Shown: positions 60,496-64,000 of the stretch, in pieces
Layout of the letters: each line of letters opens with the position of its first letter
Position numbering within the stretch: the stretch's first letter is position 1
Assembly: GCA_038087875.1 (NCBI GenBank)
Contig: CM075993.1
Span: 3,412,001 to 3,476,000, forward strand
Origin: Malacoraja senta
Taxonomy: Eukaryota
Direction: 5' to 3'
Length of the DNA: 64,000 bases
Program-made: the position numbers and the translations under genes
The notes under the pieces: generated by a model
Database searches by the model: none
What the model was told of the DNA's origin: nothing
What the model saw: the letters and a program-made list of their open reading frames with translations, nothing else

Positions 60496-62669
60496 CTATC
60501 TGTGCAATATCTTGCTATTTTGCAATGTTGTTTAGTTTATTGTCACGTGTACCGAGGTATAATGAAAAGCATTAAAGTTTTAAACCATTTGCACAGTTGC
60601 AATTGAAGCTAAATTCAGTTGCTCTCATTTTTCCCTTCGAAATCAAAATTGGATCTGCTACTCTTCATCCAAATTATTAGTTAAATTGCTACTTTAAGAT
60701 AGAACGTGTAGTTAGTCAGATTTTTAAATTTCATGAATGTATCTTTGTTCCAAAATGGTGCTGCTTTGCAGTAAGAAATACTGATTGCCCATCTAATTCG
60801 AAACTGTAATGTTTCCTATTTAATTATACTCAGTTGGCATGAATGTTTTCCCGCTGGAGTATGTGTCGCCCATTGCTAAAATTTGAAATGTGCACACAAC
60901 TTGCACATGACTTGAAAAGAAAATTCAATTGAAATCATTTTGTAGTGTCCTGTTACTCTGAAAGGACATTCTGTGGTTGCTTCTGTTCTTTATCTCCAAG
61001 ATTCCTTTGGAATTGCACTCCAGTATTGATTAATCAAAAGCCCCTTCTGTCATGTCTAATTTTACTGAACCGCATTTACATCTGCTGCGTACTGTGGACT
61101 ATTAGTGTCCAGATGTCTTGCTTTCTGTTTGACTCCTTTGTTAGTTGTCCTGTGGGAGTTGTGAAGTGCAGGCTTGTGCTGCAGTGCAACTCAAGGAGGG
61201 TGAATGTCGATAGTCTTGAAACAAGGGAACTGGTTCTCCCTGTACAGCAGTTAATTTTAAAAAATAAATTTAAAAAAATTTGAGTGGGTAACCTTTTTGT
61301 ACGTGTTGGCCTACATGAGCTCATGCTTTCCAAGGGTGAAAAGGGCAACGTTTATTTGGCTAGCAGAGCAGAATGGTTGGGTGGACTAAAATATCAGTCA
61401 TTGAACCAAACTTAACTGGCTAAATTGGAAGCTGTGTTAATCTATGCAGCAGGAATAGAATACCAGTTACATATGATTCCTAAACTCTTTTTATGGTAGT
61501 TGAGATGAGCTGAATACACCTATAGAAAGTTGGTACACTGTTTCCTTAATTGTACAATTATGAATGTTTTGGGAAATTTATCGGGTGATTGATGCTTAAT
61601 AGTACATGGAATGCTGAATTTGATTTAGAAAGTGCTTTTCCCAGGAAAAATGGAAATGTGCGTGCAGCATGATAATCCTTTTTTGTGTTTCACTAAATAT
61701 GTATAATCAAGGGAGGGAATAGGAAGTGACTTGGTTGTTTGGAATTCTGTGCTGGGATCGGAGTAATGTTTAGTTCTTGGCATGTTTGTGTACTTGAATC
61801 ATGGTCAACTTGTTTTCATTTTAACTGTTTAGGATGTATAGCCAGGGCAGTAGCTGGTCTGAAAATTAACCCTGATGTTTTCTATCTTGAGTGCCAGATA
61901 GACACAAAAAAGCTGGAGCAACTCAGCGGGACAGGCAGCATCTTTGGAGAGAAGGAATGGGTGATGTTTCGGGTCGGGTCTGAAGAAGGGTCTCGACCCG
62001 TAAAGTCACCCATTCCTTCTCTCCAGAGATGCTGCTTGTCCCGCTGAGTTACTTCAGCATTTTGTGTCTATCTTTGGTCAATAAATATGTATATAATGTT
62101 TCTCTACCCCTTTTTATGGACGATTAAGAAGGGTACGGTAGGTGAATAAGGAAGTTAAATGCTCTCTCAAGCAACTAGTGGGTAAAGATACCCAAATTTT
62201 GACACTTGGGATTGCATCTCTTGCACACTTGTTTTTGGAAGATAATAATCAACTATTCCGTTTGGAATATTTAAGATGTTTTGGCTGCGTACCTGTCAAA
62301 GAGGAATTTGACTAAAGAAGTCCATTTCCTTTGTTACTGTCTTGGTATAATGTGTGGATCTGGATGCGTGTGATAATTGTCATGCACTGCATAAACTGCA
62401 CTCGGGTATTCTGCAGAATGCAACCTGTAATTTATTTTGCAAAATGTATATGACCTACATTTTTTCTCATGCAAACTATTAAGTCAGTTATTTGAAAATT
62501 CTTTCACACAACCTTATCAGGCTATCAATGACTGTTGATAGCTACCAGCATTCATGTATGTAGAATTTGCTGCATACCTTGCAATACAGTTTAATGACGA
62601 TATTTGTTTCAATGAATCTTTTAAAAACAATTAGTTTGGTGAAATAGTTGCATGTTCAATTTCCTTGGG

Positions 62670-63365
62670 TTAATGGTCGTGGACCATCCATATTGACATG
62701 ACTGCTGCGAAGGTGCACCAAGTTCTCCACTTCCTTAGGAGATTGAGGAAATTTAGCTTGTCTCCAATGGCACACATAAACTTCCACAGATGCACGATGG
62801 AAAGCTTATCTTTAAGTTGTATCACAGCTTGGTGTGGGAACAGTTTGGCCCAAGAATGCAAGAAATTGTGGAGTTGTGGATGGAGCTCAGTCCATCTCAC
62901 AGACTAGACTTCCCACCATTGAGTCCATCTACACTTCAAGCTGCCTCAGAAAAGCAGCCAAATAATCAGACTTATTTCACCCTGGGGTCATTCCTTCTCC
63001 CTGCTCCCGTCTGGCTGAAGGTACAGAAGCTTGAACGCACACACCATCAGATTCAAATAACTTATTTCCCTCTTCATCAGGCTTCTGAAGTGTCCTTCCA
63101 TAAGCTTGGGTACTGTCCCGATTCACCCTACCTTATTGCGGACTTTGAACTTTGCTTATGGAACTGATGCACTAAAATGCTGAGAACTATATTCTGCACT
63201 CTATATCTCCCCCTTTTGATCCACATTGTACTTTACTTTCACTGATTTGAGTGATTGTATCTGTGTATAGTGGATTATATTTGTGTATAGTATTATCTGA
63301 TCTAGATTTGATAGCATACAAACCAAAGCTCTTCACTGTACCTCGGTACAAATTAGTATAATAAA
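62670..63365 (+). mobile_element. Rex1/Babar-like LINE 3' fragment, degraded
   Basis: AKVHQVLHFLRRLRKFSLSP...NFHRCTMES..LSCITAWCGNS. Confidence 0.7.
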
Positions 63366-64000
63366 CCCAAAATAAAAACCTGCAATTGGAAATAGTAGTT
63401 TTTGCTTGTTGAAACATACTTGGGACTTTAGAGCTAGATGAATTTTAATATTTCTCCAATTTTCAGCTGTCAAATTTTGTAATTACTTGCGCAACTTTTG
63501 TTGATGTTTCCTGAAACATTCAAAGTTTAACTTATAAGGGGAAAACCATTGCTCTCAATTTGGTATTGATATTGTATTAGTTAGCAAATGCTTGTCTGAA
63601 GAAATGTTATAATTTCCAGCTCAGCTATCGGAAGGATGTCATCGAGTTGGAAAGGGTACATAAGAGATTCAAGAATGGGCGGCATGGTGGAGCAATGGTA
63701 GAGCTGCTGCCTTACAGCGCCAGAGACCCGTGTTCGATCCGGACTACGGGTGCTTGTCTGTATGAAGTTTTTACGTTCTCCCCGTGACTTGTGTGGGTTT
63801 TCTCCCACACTCGAAAGACGTACTGGTTTGTAGGTTTGTAGCTTATGGGGTTACTTGTTGAGATACAAAATCATGAAGGGCATGAACAAAGTGAACCCTC
63901 ATAGTCTTTTTCCCAGGGGGATGCCAACCAAACCGTCACCCATCCATGTTCTCAAGAGATGCTACCTGACCTGCTGAGTTACTCCAGCACTTTCTCTTTT

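Overview
Eukaryotic (vertebrate) genomic DNA. It is most likely a cartilaginous fish (skate/ray), inferred from HE1-type V-SINEs and their partner CR1 LINE tails. The window is dominated by interspersed repeats. Positions 1536-49232 carry at least 24 phase-compatible GT-AG exons on the minus strand. They splice into an uninterrupted ~873-codon fragment of a long coiled-coil protein that I cannot name; its 5' end is cut by a 200-N gap at 49351-49550 and its 3' end is unresolved. The introns hold V-SINEs, CR1, L1, Tx1 and Rex1/Babar fragments, Penelope-like (GIY-YIG) remnants, a hAT element, ten TWA-target MITEs sharing one TIR, and long microsatellites. The most notable observation is a ~140-nt short retroelement, present in 3 copies, whose first 54 nt fold into a minimal HDV/CPEB3-like self-cleaving ribozyme. 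In two copies the insertion's 5' boundary falls at the predicted cleavage site. Separately, about 20 Penelope-derived repeats carry minimal hammerhead ribozyme cores. All structure calls were made by eye and are untested.
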